64,000 nt of DNA from Antedon mediterranea (lineage: Eukaryota > Animalia > Echinodermata): positions 37,272,304 to 37,336,303 of the forward strand of contig NC_092671.1 of NCBI RefSeq assembly GCF_964355755.1. Reading direction: 5' to 3'. Below are positions 25,701-37,700 of this stretch, in pieces. The first letter of the stretch is position 1. Every line of letters starts with the position of its first letter. The position numbers and the translations under genes are program-made. The notes below the pieces were generated by a model. The model saw only the letters and a program-made list of their open reading frames with translations. It was not told the origin of the DNA and made no database searches.

Positions 25701-28700
25701 TAGTGTAGACAGAGCTTAATAGAGATCACAGTGAGGAGGAGCAATACACATACCGTATTGTTGAGCTTTTCTAATCTGTCCATCAGCACTTCTTGACGGC
25801 ACTGAGTACGTCGCGTCAAAACTTCTCCGTGTTTAGAAGAATAACGCCATGTCACATCTACCACCTGAAATTATTAAAATGTATTTTAATGTGTATACAT
25901 AGAAATTAGCATACGAGACAATATATCAATTTTTCAAGGTTTGTAAGTCAATAGAGAGAAATGGCGAACCGACGTCTAAAATCCGAGTGGGTATAAAATC
26001 ATAACAAACCGTTGAGGGCGACACATTTCCTATGTTTATACACGTGAATCATGGCGTTGTCTAACCAATGTTGTTGCTGTAACGCTCATAATTCTTGTTG
26101 TATTTGTGTATTTACACAATAAAACAATGAAATATGTATAAAAATCATCCATCATTCACAATCATAATCCTAAAAATATCTCATATCTGTAGGTCTACAT
26201 TAGACTAGGCCTATAGTATTATAGTAGAATGGTGTTATCAAGTATTCATTACTGGCGGTAGCCCCCCTGCAGGAAGCATCACTAGCCACATAACAAAATG
26301 GCAGTTGTCAAGCTGAAACTAATGCTAGGCCTACATCTACTAGAGAGGCTCTATTTAGTCTTACTACCTAGCTAGGAGACGCCTAGCAGCACCCTAGCTA
26401 AAGTAGTAGTAGTGAGTACAGTATGCAATAACGAATTTCCAATATTATTATTATTATAATAACCGATAATCCGTGCTAGGCTCGACAGCATACAGGCCAA
26501 CTATCTAGGGCCTAGAGCTGGGTACAGTATATAACAAAAACGCGTCTTAATTCAATCCAAATTAAAATAAAATATGTTAAGATTTGCCCATATAACATTA
26601 AAATTGTTAAGGGTGTTGCCAAAAAAAAAAGATACTGCTATTATGTGTGTTTTAAACGTTCTTTTCTACCTTCCTTTTTAACTCAACCCATCGGAATTTC
26701 CCATACAAACACATGTGGCGAAATGGTTTGTTTACAATCTATACCCACTCGGTGAAATTTGAGTGACGTCATCGCGGTTCGCCATTTCTCTCTATTGAAT
26801 GGGTGAATGGTTACGAAAACAAGCAGTCAAAACTTTTTTCGTCAGTACACACGTGTTTTTTATTTTATTTTAAAGATGTATTGTCCTCCAAAAACATGAA
26901 AAATGAAGATTAATTAAAGCATAAAACATATTAGGTATAGATGTAGCACCTCTTTTTAATATGGTTTTGTTTTTTAGAAATAATAGGTTAAAAACATACA
27001 TAGAAACACTTAACAAATATAAATCTTGTTTACCAAGACTACCTACTTCTTCACAAGAAAATGCAATAATGTAGGTCAATTTCTTGCCCCATCCATTTTC
27101 ATAAAGCAACGGTTTATCACAAGTGTTTTCACATGCGTCACAATGCAACCAACGCTTCTGAGAATTTGAATAAACCTCCGTCCACACATGGTCTATTGAT
27201 GAGAGATATAGTAGTTACACACAAATGTTTTGTAGAAAATAAAACACAAAATTGGCGGGTGTGTTGTGTAAATATTGCTCTATATTTAGTGCATTGTACG
27301 GTGTATGCATTTGAATAAACCTCTGTCCACACATGGTCTATTGATAAAAGACATACACACAAATGTTGTGCATTGTACGGTGTATGCATTTGAATAAACC
27401 TCTGTCCACACATGGTCTATTGATAAAAGACATACACACAAATGTTGTGCATTGTACGGTGTATGCATTTGAATAAACCTCTGTCCACACATGGTCTATT
27501 GATAAAAGACATACACACAAATGTTGTGCATTGTTCGGTGTATGTACAAAATTGCTTTATAATTAACTATTTCTGCATTATACCCCATAGCTTTTGGAGG
27601 CGTGTTTTAAAAACTATGTCTTTTATTTATTAACATCTTTGATTGGCTGATTTGTTTTATTATGTAATTTTGTGACTGATATATGCTACATCCTTTGTTA
27701 CCATTCTCTTCACCTCATGATGAGCTATGCCTGAAACATGTCGTATTAATAAATTTATATTGAGGCAGTTTTAACTTGTTTTATTTTTATAAAATGATTG
27801 TATAGATATAAATAATAACCTGTCCAGTCAAGAACATATCTTGCTTCAAAGCCAGCAGCTCTACAACACAGGGTGAAACAATTTGCCCATTCACCACAGC
27901 GACCAGTCCGTGTCTCTAACAACTTGCCTGGGTCATTATACCTGCATAGTAAAGACATGAAATTATAGGTATTAACTATATGGATTAACCTAGTAAACTA
28001 TAGGTATTACCCTAGTTAACTATGTATTAACCTAATAGACTATTGGTATTAACCCAGTTAACTATAGGTACTAAACAATGTAAATAAACCTTTAATATTT
28101 TTGTTTTATATATTTAGGCAAATTGCCAAGGATAACCAACCATAAGCGAATTCATTCACTATCCTTCTTAAAAGTGGCAATCCTGTTCACAAGACAAACA
28201 TATACACAAGATGCTCTACATAAACAAAGTCTTTGGGAGTGGAGTTGTAATTTGTCATTAGAAAATCCTGACATATGACAGGACTTGAACCCAGGACCCT
28301 TGGATTGGTAGCCAAGCATCATAACCACTTAGAGTTGTTTACCTTGGAAAACGTGTAGTAAGAGAGCATACTGTACACCTATACGCCTCTACAGTTTGGG
28401 CACCCCATCGCAGGTCATCAGCTGTTGGTACCTGCGTACCAGAGGCTTGCGTACGTGCCTGACAATGCCGACATGGTGGCGAATCCATCCAGCTAAAAAA
28501 TCGACTTTTAAACCATTTTAGCAATTCTAGGAGAAGGTAATCTTGAAAATCATATGGTTTGTCATCTGCAAAAAAAAAAAAGTTGTAGGAATTGAATTAA
28601 AGTAGATTGAAACAAGTAGTAGTACTGTAGTAGTATTTTATAAAGCTCTGACAGTTTGACAAAAAAAATTGTGATGTGCACAAATATGTTGGTTATGTGC

Positions 28701-30710
28701 CCAAATATGGTAGTGATATGACATCATCATGTCCATATGAGCAAATCACTTTTTTTTTTGTCACATAAAGTTTGATAGTGTAGACAAAGCTTTAGAATAA
28801 ATATTTTGTATCCGAATGTTTGTTTAAATTCATTTAAATGAGTGGAAAATAAATAAAACAAAACCTGATTTTGTTTGTCTATGTTGAGCAGGGGCATGTA
28901 TTTATTGCTACTTTCATATATACATTACTGTATTAATAATATTTTCAAGTCCTTACTTGTAGATTCTTGGTTTCTTTGCAATTTTCTTTGGGCTTTCTGT
29001 TTAAGTTCATGGAGGGGCATCACCTGACATGCTTTTTGTTGTAAGGAAACTTCTTCATATAACATCACATGATCAAATGAAACTTGGATCTTCCTTAAAA
29101 ATGCTTGCTCCTCTGACTAAAACAAATAAACACTTAAAACTTTAGCTTTAGACACAGTTAGAAAATAAAATATAAACAGAAATAATATAACGTTGGACTT
29201 GATGCAAGGTATTATGCACTTGTCAATTGTATGACCCACTATACAACCTACAAGAGAGGTACGTCATTTGTCCGATCTGCGTCATGTATACCATGATGCA
29301 CCCCTGTTTCACAAAATTGACCTTTACGTGACAATGACGCACCAAGATTTTCGAGAGAACAAAGAGGAACCATGACTGTGTCCTTTTGTCGTAAAGTGAC
29401 ATTGACTCTCTGTTGTCTATTGAGGTGACGTACTATTTAGGTTTTTTAACGCACCACTGTGACATTAATTATTTGTAAATGACGCACCCGTGACACACCT
29501 CTCCCAGGGATCGTACAGTGCATCATACAATTGACAAATGCATTAACAAAGGGGCTAGATACAAAAGCATAACATATAAATCAAAACAATGAATTACTAA
29601 TGACTTACTGGTGATGGTTTACTAATTCCTCTGAGAGCATGTTGTGATAGAACCTTCAAACGGGCACTAGCTAGAGATGATTGGATTTCACAAACAACTG
29701 ATAAAGAATTAGTGTCTGGGAATCGAAGAAATTCATCATCCTGTGAATACAGTATACAGATAACAATTAGTAGTGGCCCAAAGCTTTGTCTAAACTATCA
29801 AAAAAAAGTGTTTGACAAAAAAAGTGTGATTGCCTAAATATGGTAGTGATTTGCCAAAATATGGTAGTGATTGATATCATCATGTCCATGTGCACATCAC
29901 ATAAAGCTTGATAATGATAGTGTAGACAGAGAGCTTTACTTTATATGGAAATAAGTAGTGCTGCAGTTTACAACAAAACATAAATTTACCCATATTTATC
30001 CTAACATTTACAAATTTATATTGATTTCGCCATGCAAACCTTCAAACAATATTTACCAATTCAGTACTATATTTGAAGGTGTTTTACTTACTTCTTCAAA
30101 TCCCATCAAAAGTAGACACTCAACGGCACCAATAGATGGTAACAGACGGTCATTAAAAGCTTTATTTACTAAAGGAATGCTACAATATTTTGGAACTTTT
30201 GGATATCTGAAAAACAAAAATGCCTTAAATTATTTGTCAGTAATATTATAAATAACATTGTCATTCAAGTGACATTATTATTGTTGATTGTTGTTTCTCA
30301 TTATTGAACAATCACTATTTTGTGATGCCAAACAATTTTTACAGATGTAAGAGAGTAATAATGTAGGCCTAGGCAGGCTAGGGCCTAGTTTATTGATATT
30401 TTATTAGGCTAAATAAAAATTTAACAAATTAGGCCTAGCTATGCTAGGCCTAGGCCTAGTAGACCATTGTTGTACTGCACTGCTGCTGTTATTAGAGTGT
30501 CTGTCTGGCTCGCGTAGTCCTCTCTCTAGCTAGCTAGCCTAGCGTTTTTCAAACAGCAGCAGTAGGCCTAGCACTATTTATTTAAAAATCTTACCGTATT
30601 AGATTATTCGCAAAGCGAAGTAATAAATTCGAAACATCTAAAAATACAGGTGTTTCATTTTTAAGAAGTTGTTGAACGTTTTCGCTTACGACGACGACAG
30701 CGTTCGCCAT
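22789..30710 (-). CDS. NGLY1: Peptide:N-glycanase (PUB, transglutaminase-like core, PAW), 12 exons, 616 aa
   Basis: GT-AG, phase-consistent exons: 30710-30595, 30206-30092, 29740-29609, 29116-28957, 28565-28343, 27941-27820, 27192-27047, 25864-25754, 25314-25129, 24431-24243, 23615-23441, 22964-22789 (1851 nt). Motifs [11 protein letters not shown], two Cxx[37 protein letters not shown]. Confidence 0.96.
23035..23340 (-). mobile_element. tRNA-derived SINE with Nin/Deu-like central domain
   Basis: rc head gagtggccgattggttaagac..gggtttgagg; core ttctcggataatgactctaaa..tttaaagacccta..gagtaggg-like..ttaccctggt; (TAAA) tail. Second copy at 52744-53106. Confidence 0.75.
23707..23863. mobile_element. 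~155-bp MITE (TIR AGCTCTGTCTACACTATCAAACT; PIF/Harbinger-like)
   Basis: TIRs at both ends; one of ~12 copies in the window. Confidence 0.85.
25561..25716. mobile_element. ~155-bp MITE, same family
   Basis: TIRs plus perfect TAA/TAA target duplication. Confidence 0.9.
25948..26798. mobile_element. Non-autonomous TIR element (~850 bp)
   Basis: Perfect 24-bp TIR TCAATAGAGAGAAATGGCGAACCG plus subterminal inverted ccgagtgggtata; superfamily unassigned. Confidence 0.8.
27289..27545. repeat. 79-bp tandem repeat (3.2 copies) containing copies of the NGLY1 exon-7 acceptor and first codons
   Basis: Units start at 27289, 27368, 27447, 27526; each full unit reads rc ..atcaatag|ACCATGTGTGGACAGAGGTTTATTCAAAT. 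Confidence 0.93.
28186..28332 (-). mobile_element. tRNA-derived SINE (second family)
   Basis: rc B-box gggttcaagtcc; near-identical body at 53566-53684; diverged + strand relative at ~51890-52020. Confidence 0.7.
28644..28791. mobile_element. ~155-bp MITE, same family
   Basis: Family body and right TIR; left TIR partly deleted. Confidence 0.8.
29214..29543. mobile_element. ~330-bp MITE
   Basis: TIR atgcacttgtcaattgtatg / catacaattgacaaatgcat. Confidence 0.7.
29782..29935. mobile_element. ~155-bp MITE, same family
   Basis: Diverged TIRs and family body. Confidence 0.75.
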
Positions 30711-30731
30711 TTTTGTTATTCTGCTGTAGTG

Positions 30732-30740
30732 GTCACGTGA
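30732..30740. promoter_or_regulatory. E-box/CLEAR-like GTCACGTGA just upstream of the NGLY1 ATG
   Basis: Motif 22 nt upstream of the start codon; function not shown. Confidence 0.35.
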
Positions 30741-31039
30741 TAATGCTTCTTAGCACGACAGCGCCCTCATTTTTTCCTTTTTAAGTCAATAAAAAAACAC
30801 TCTTTTTTTAATAAACATTAAAAATAACATTTCGCAATAATGTGATTTAAAATGATGCTGTTCTGAAGTCTGGCTTTTTCAAATCATTGAAAATTTATTT
30901 CTTGTCAGGGAGGACATGATTTAACATTTATTTTTATTTACTGACTGAAGCATCAAAATACCAATTACAAATTAAATTTATTTATAGTGGAAAATTACTT
31001 CCATTTATTGTCATTTGCATATAAAATATACATAGAAAT

Positions 31040-31255
31040 TCTGTTTGCTCTGAGATATACAAAAACAGATAAATGAAAAACTAACAAAAACAATTACAAA
31101 GTGTCTCATCACTCTCGTATACCGTACTGACAAGCATTCAGTGCCCGAATGGCAGCTGGATAAAAGCTGTTACGAAACCTGTACGAGAGATGATGGACCG
31201 GTAACGTCTAGCGCTATGTTACACCTCAAATACATTATGCATGATGGGATGGGAG
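31040..31255 (-). mobile_element. Decayed LINE 3' fragment (Rex1/Babar-like C-terminus)
   Basis: rc reads RRYRSIISRT-(frameshift)-RFRNSFYPAAIRALN. Confidence 0.6.
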
Positions 31256-31493
31256 TAGAATCTTAAATAGAATTCAATATAGAATGTGGAATTCTTAGAA
31301 TTCTTTAGTAAATATATTGTCGTTCAAATTATCTCTGAATACAAAATTTAAAAAAAAAAATTTTTATTTATACAACCAAAATATATAGAAACCTAACTGT
31401 TAAATTATAGAAACAGTGCTCGTATTCGGAACTTTCGCGTCGAGCATAGCTCATTAGCGAAAGTTTCATATTTTTTAGTTTTATGAAAAAATA

Positions 31494-31568
31494 TCTCTGG
31501 CGGGATTTGAACCTGCAACCTCTCGCAACGCTTACAGGGCGAGTATCATACCACTAGACCACAGAGCC
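31494..31568 (-). mobile_element. tRNA-Pro-derived pseudogene or SINE head
   Basis: rc GGCTCTGTGGTCTAGTGGTATGATACTCGC..GCGAGAGGTTGCAGGTTCAAATCCCGCCAGAGA resembles tRNA-Pro; anticodon loop expanded, stems broken. Confidence 0.7.
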
Positions 31569-31773
31569 ATATATGGTATCATCACAGATTTTCACCCACC
31601 TGATACATTCTCTCATACAACAAATGCCCTCATAATCAGTGGAGGCCTAACTAGTCATAACAAATTCCAAATTTAATACGCAACAGGTTTTTAAATAATA
31701 ATATTGTAAATATTTCTAAATCTATTGTGTTTAGAAACCTAAATGATTTGTTGTACATAAAATGATTCTGTTT

Positions 31774-34700
31774 TTAAATAGATTGTATAATTTGATTGAC
31801 TGCGTTGCGTGAATTGTTTATACAATCATTAACACTGACTCCATAGTAAGATGATCCTAGCAATGATAGTGGTAATCTCTCATCTATTATGTGCGACTCA
31901 AGATTTTCTGGAATAAAAAATATTTATGTATTTACAAATATTTATTTGAAAGATTATATAGAATAAAATATCAAAAACAAGAGGATAATAAAATTGTGTT
32001 TTATACGCCACCATATATTTATCATTATTATTTTAAAATATAATTTGATGACAAAAAAAATTGACGTTTCTGAGCCATCATGGAACCATGATATATGAAT
32101 AGTTAAATAATTAAATAATTTACAAGGTCAATCGGTGATCTCAATTTACATCATCGCGATAGCTTCGCACCTATGGAACTTTTTTTGTTCGGATTTACCT
32201 TTTAAATATGGCGCCATCTGGAGTTTTTAAAGTAACTTATTATAACAAGAGTACTATTCCATAATCAATTCAAAGTATTTTTAAAATTAAATAATTATCA
32301 ATTATTGTTTTTTATAATATTTTTCTTACCCAAAACTTTAAAATGACCTGGTTTGTAAGTTGGGATACATTTCTGATGAATTTTTACTGCAGTATTTATT
32401 AGTTCATCAACGATACCAAGATGGTCTTTGATATTGTCCTTAGCAACTGTCAATAAATGGTCGTTATCTACCGAGGTTACACTCCCAAAATGCTCCTGGA
32501 ACCAGCTTCCACCCATCATACACTGAAAAATAAAAGTACATTTTTTATAATAGGATTAAAACGACGAAGTATAAATGCTTCAGTTTGTGTAACCAGCTGA
32601 TTATTACATAATATAATGTGTGAGGTTTTACTGTATTAAATACTGTACTCGCTTGGTTGATTGAATATCACAGTTGTTTATTCAGTAATACGGTATATTA
32701 CACGATAAAGCAATAATATTAAGAAACAGGAACGAAGTGATGCTGTAAAGGCCAATTTACACAGACGAGCGGTAACGGTACGCGGTAATTGTAAGCGAAA
32801 AACCGCGTGGCTTTTCCCATTTACACAGCGCGCGGAGTTCGCAAACGGAGTGGTGGAAAGTAGGCGAGTGTAGGCCTCGAGGCTAATGCATGTTACAGTC
32901 ACTGCTGGCCTGGATGTGACTGACTGTCAGTAGGCCTAGCACACACAGATCTAAGTTTTAGAGGGATTTGTTGCCTAATAACGTACTAAAATGTATATTT
33001 TCTTTTCACTATCCATATAAAAACAATTATTCAGTTTCAGTTTCAGTTTTACGGCACTCGTATTTATTGTCGTCTTTGACTCGACGGACGCAAAAAAAAA
33101 GTTGTTGATAGATGACGTCATTTCAATCATATCGTTGGTTGGCCAGAATTCATAATTACCGCGCGGTAATTTCACAAAATTGAATCTGTTTCGATCCTGA
33201 GCAGACTTCCGCTCAACCGCTCGTTCGCTCCGCGTTCTGTGTAAATGGTCACAAGAAATAACATAGATTCTATTTTTGCGTTTTCCGCTCAACTTTACCG
33301 CTTACCGTTACCGCTCGTCTGTGTAAATTGGCCTTTTGTGAGGCATGGCTGTAGATGTGCTTTGTGTCTGGCCTCTTCTTATACTTGGGGGTATAATCGG
33401 CTTCTGTTCATTAGCATATGTAATTACATCATCTCTGGGCTTAACTATTGGGCCTAAGTTTGTCCTGGAGGCACCTTTTGAATGTGTGTATGAGGCTTAT
33501 AGTTCCATTTGCATTTTTCTATTTCGTTTGTGTGACAGAACAATTTATTTAATATGTGGTCAAGATAAATACAAAACAATAATTTGAGTTGCAAATAAAA
33601 CCATAAGGTAAAAACCAGAAGACAATTTTTCTTGTCCTGTTAGACCTTATATTTGATAAAAAATACAGATAAACGATAACTATATGTTGTTTAAAAATTT
33701 AAAATTTAACAACCATACTCACTGTTAATCTGGTTGATGGTGAATCTTGACTATCATTACTTGGAAATGTACATGAATCAAATATTACACCTAGAAGTTT
33801 ACTTTGTTGATTTGATGGAATAAGATAACCAAAGCCCTAAATAAACAGAAGAAAATGTAGTATAATATATATATAAGAATAATCCATTGTTGGATACAAG
33901 ATCTTGTAATAATTTACCATAACAGATACAGTAACTTAGTATCTACATGAACATTCTAGAATAAGATGTTTTGATTTAAGAAACCATGTATAAGTAATAA
34001 GAACAATCAGGAACATTCCAGAAGTGCTATTAATAGAAACTGTAATCCCATAGAATAAGAAGTATAAAGAATGATCTAGAAGGTTATGAACATATTGTAT
34101 ATAAGGGAAAGTATGACAATTGTAAGGAGGGAGAAGGATTTTTGATTTAAGCATTTATTTTGAAGAAGGTTGGATATTAGATTGTAAAAGTTATCAGGAA
34201 GCTTGTTTTTAAAGTGCTTACTGGATTGAAATGATTGAAATTAAAGCTTTGTTTTTGAGTTATTTTACAACTTGTATGTTTTTAACTGTTGTTATTTTTA
34301 TTGTAATTTCAACCTTGGAAGGCAAATTTCATTTACTGTGTATTTGACAATAAATTTTAACTTGAACTTGAACTTGAACTTGAACTTTGTAGATTTTGTG
34401 TGTATACTTTTATGTCACAAGGGAGTTCCTAAAGTATTTTCAACCGCTCGGAAACATACGTAACTAAGAGGAGTTTGTGACAGATCAAATAAGATCGAAA
34501 CAGTACTACTACTATTAATGTCTTAATTTGATATTACACTCCTCTACATACTGTTATATACCTATAGTATGTCGTTTTGTAGAGCACTCTTCAGTTCGAA
34601 ACGGTGCATTTTTGTTGTGAATACTATATTAGCATTTTGCAAAGCACGCTAGTTGAGTTTGTGCACTCTTTGTGTTCATAATTAGTGTACTATGTCCCAC

Positions 34701-37700
34701 ATAATTGGCTCAGCCTATATTGTGCCAGTTCTGTGGTATATACCATTTCGTAACCTGAGCTGCACTGACGAGAACTGCAGATTGGATATATACAGCATAT
34801 GTATGTTTTTAGTTTAAGGCAAAACTGACATACCTGTTGCTTTAGTATATTTCCGTTATATTGCAAATTAACAACAGCAACATCAACTGCATCCATCGAA
34901 GACAGCGCATCTCTAAAGGTAGAATTATGCTTCGATAAAACGGACGTAAGAGCTGAAATTGAAAAAAGGACACTGTGTAAAACTGAATCAATATGCTATG
35001 TACAAAATTCTGCCGCATGAATACAAGACTATGAAAGAAAATAATCCTACCACTTAAATTGTTGTGGTCTTAAGCAAGCATTGTCTACATTATCAACAAA
35101 ATTGTGATGTGCCAAAATATGGTAGTGATATGCCCAAATATGGTAGTGATATGACATCATCATATATGGGCACATTACATTTTTTATCACATAAAGTTTA
35201 GACAGAGCTTAAATGCAATTGTCAAGAATATTTATTAATTTCTTTTATATATGGGCTCAGGTTTTAACAGTATTTTAAACAAGTTAAAGAGTAAGATGAT
35301 ACACAGAAAGCTGCAACATATCAGAACCGAATTCGAGCCTTAATTAATGATGATTTTTTTTTTACAGATTTATGAAAAGGAATACTGTAGATGTTTACAA
35401 TGTTAAATTATTATATTTCATTAAAACATTTTGATTAGCAATAACCACTGATCAATGAATTTGAGACATGTAGTGACCTAAACTTATGTTCTATTAAAGA
35501 AGTAAAGCCTTATATTAATTTTTATATACATATTGACATTTATTTTATGAATTATTAATTAGTTCCTTTTTAACATTTGTTTGCTACGTAATAATATAAA
35601 ATGGTCATTTTGAAAATTAAAGTCTTTCTATCTCTCTCACCATACATTTGTCTTTATTTCTTCATTCCGGTGAAAACGCGTAAATGACCATGCAGAGTCA
35701 CTAAAGATATTCGTGATTTTGGCATTCATATCAACAAGGTGGTATTGTGTAAAATGTGGCTACGCTACACTGGCTAAAATACTCCCTGCATTTATAGGCC
35801 TCGTATTATAATAAGAAACAGTCTATTATTTACCCTTTAATCTCTAAATGGTATCATTTACCTTGTTATTTACCTTGTGAGGGTATTGCACTCAATACAT
35901 GATCAGCTTCAATGCAATTTCCTGAACTTGTTGAAACATTAGCAACCTTAAAGGAATGTAAACATACTTACATTTTCTACAAATACAGTTTTTTTTAAAT
36001 CTTAAAATTTGGATGAACACATACGATACGATAAAACTTTATTGTCACAACGGCAAAAATATACTGCTATGAGATATGGTTCCTTAGGTACACTCAAGTT
36101 AGTTTGAATATAACATAAACTAAAACTAAAGACTAAAATAAATAATAAACAGAGAAATGTAACAGAAACATGAGTAATAAGCGGACTAGCGTTTGAAATC
36201 TCTATTGAACAACCTGATAGCTGATGGAATATATGTGTTTCTAAATCTATTTGTTTTGACATGGCAGCCTTTAGAGAAATGCATAATTAAAATACAATGT
36301 TATAAACGTAGATCTTGCGTACACCAGCAGTGAAGTCAACTGATGCTAACGCCCGTATTCTTAAACCGGACTAGTTGTAGTTTGAAGTTTGACTTGAAAA
36401 AGTCGTAGTTCGAGCTATTACTTCAAATTCGATTAAAAAACGAAGTAGTCGAAGTTTGCAGTTCGACTTAATGAAGTCGAGCTTTTAGTCGAGTTGCACA
36501 CGTCTGGGTAACAAAGGCTATACATTGGCCAATGACAAGAGAGTATTTGAGGAGCAGACGAAATTTTGCGCATTGATATCACTTTCCATTTTCTTACAAC
36601 ACTTTTTACGCATCAGGACTATATTATACATGAAAAGTAATTTCAATCGTTAATTATTAGAACAAGATCAGTATCAATTTAACAGTGAAGTACTTTTGAT
36701 TAACAACAAACAAAATATTCAAAATATATTCAGGAACCATGGCGGTACGGTAACTTTTATATTTTCTAGGCCCCCAACAAAGTATGATCGCGACGAACCA
36801 CGCACTTCTTCGCGTGACAAGAAAGCGCTAGGCCCCCTAAACATTCCATCGCGTGGTGAATTTCCGCATCTGTCATTGTCGCTATGGCGTGACGTTGTTC
36901 AAGTCGGACTTGCGCGAAGAAAATAATGTAATTTGTATACGGTTGTAAATAAAGATTATTTTCATTATTATAACTTATACCAATGTATACTTAATATAAA
37001 AATAGATATTTCATTTTTCAATATCTGGCCAATATAACAACTCAATGACTGTTACGTTTTTCATAAACATCGTTTAAAAACCATTTAGTCGACCATTTAG
37101 CCTGCCCCCTCCAGGATTAAAATAATCGATCAAAATTCGTCTCGATTTAGTCGAGGTTGGCCTGAATTAGTCAGCGATTTAGTTGAAGTTCGGTTTATGA
37201 ATTAAAATGACGTCATTTTACAAGTTTTAGCTCGAACTACGACTAAAGTCCAGTTTAAGAATACGGGCGTCAGTATCCATCAATGACGACTATGTGAATT
37301 TAGAAGAAGATGGCTACAAGAACAGCAACAGTAAAGATGGTTTTGTATATATATAATTTTTTAAGAACAAATTTATTGTTATTATATGGCTAGCTTTACC
37401 TTTTTACCTGCATCTGTTTCCTTGAAATCAATGGATGTACATGCTGTAGACTTTATCACACTAACTCCTGCATCGATTAAAGTTTCATATATTTTGTCGG
37501 GTAGCTTTTGAAGCCCTCCCTCTAATGACCACATTGTCCAACGCTCATTTGTGGATCTCTCAATCAGGTGGTTTGATTGGACGTCTAAACTACTCTCTAC
37601 AATAGATTGAAAAATGATCAATAATAATTAATAAATGAAAACACTCAGAAAATGAGTGAAGTACTTTTGAAAATATTGCCACAGAGAGTGCATATTGATA

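Noticed and set aside
27705-27750. Hammerhead ribozyme (atgatgag..gaaac)
   Set aside because: Core reads ATGATGA rather than CTGATGA and stems cannot be formed convincingly; at most a decayed remnant.
31494-31568. Functional tRNA-Pro gene
   Set aside because: Expanded anticodon loop and broken T and acceptor stems.
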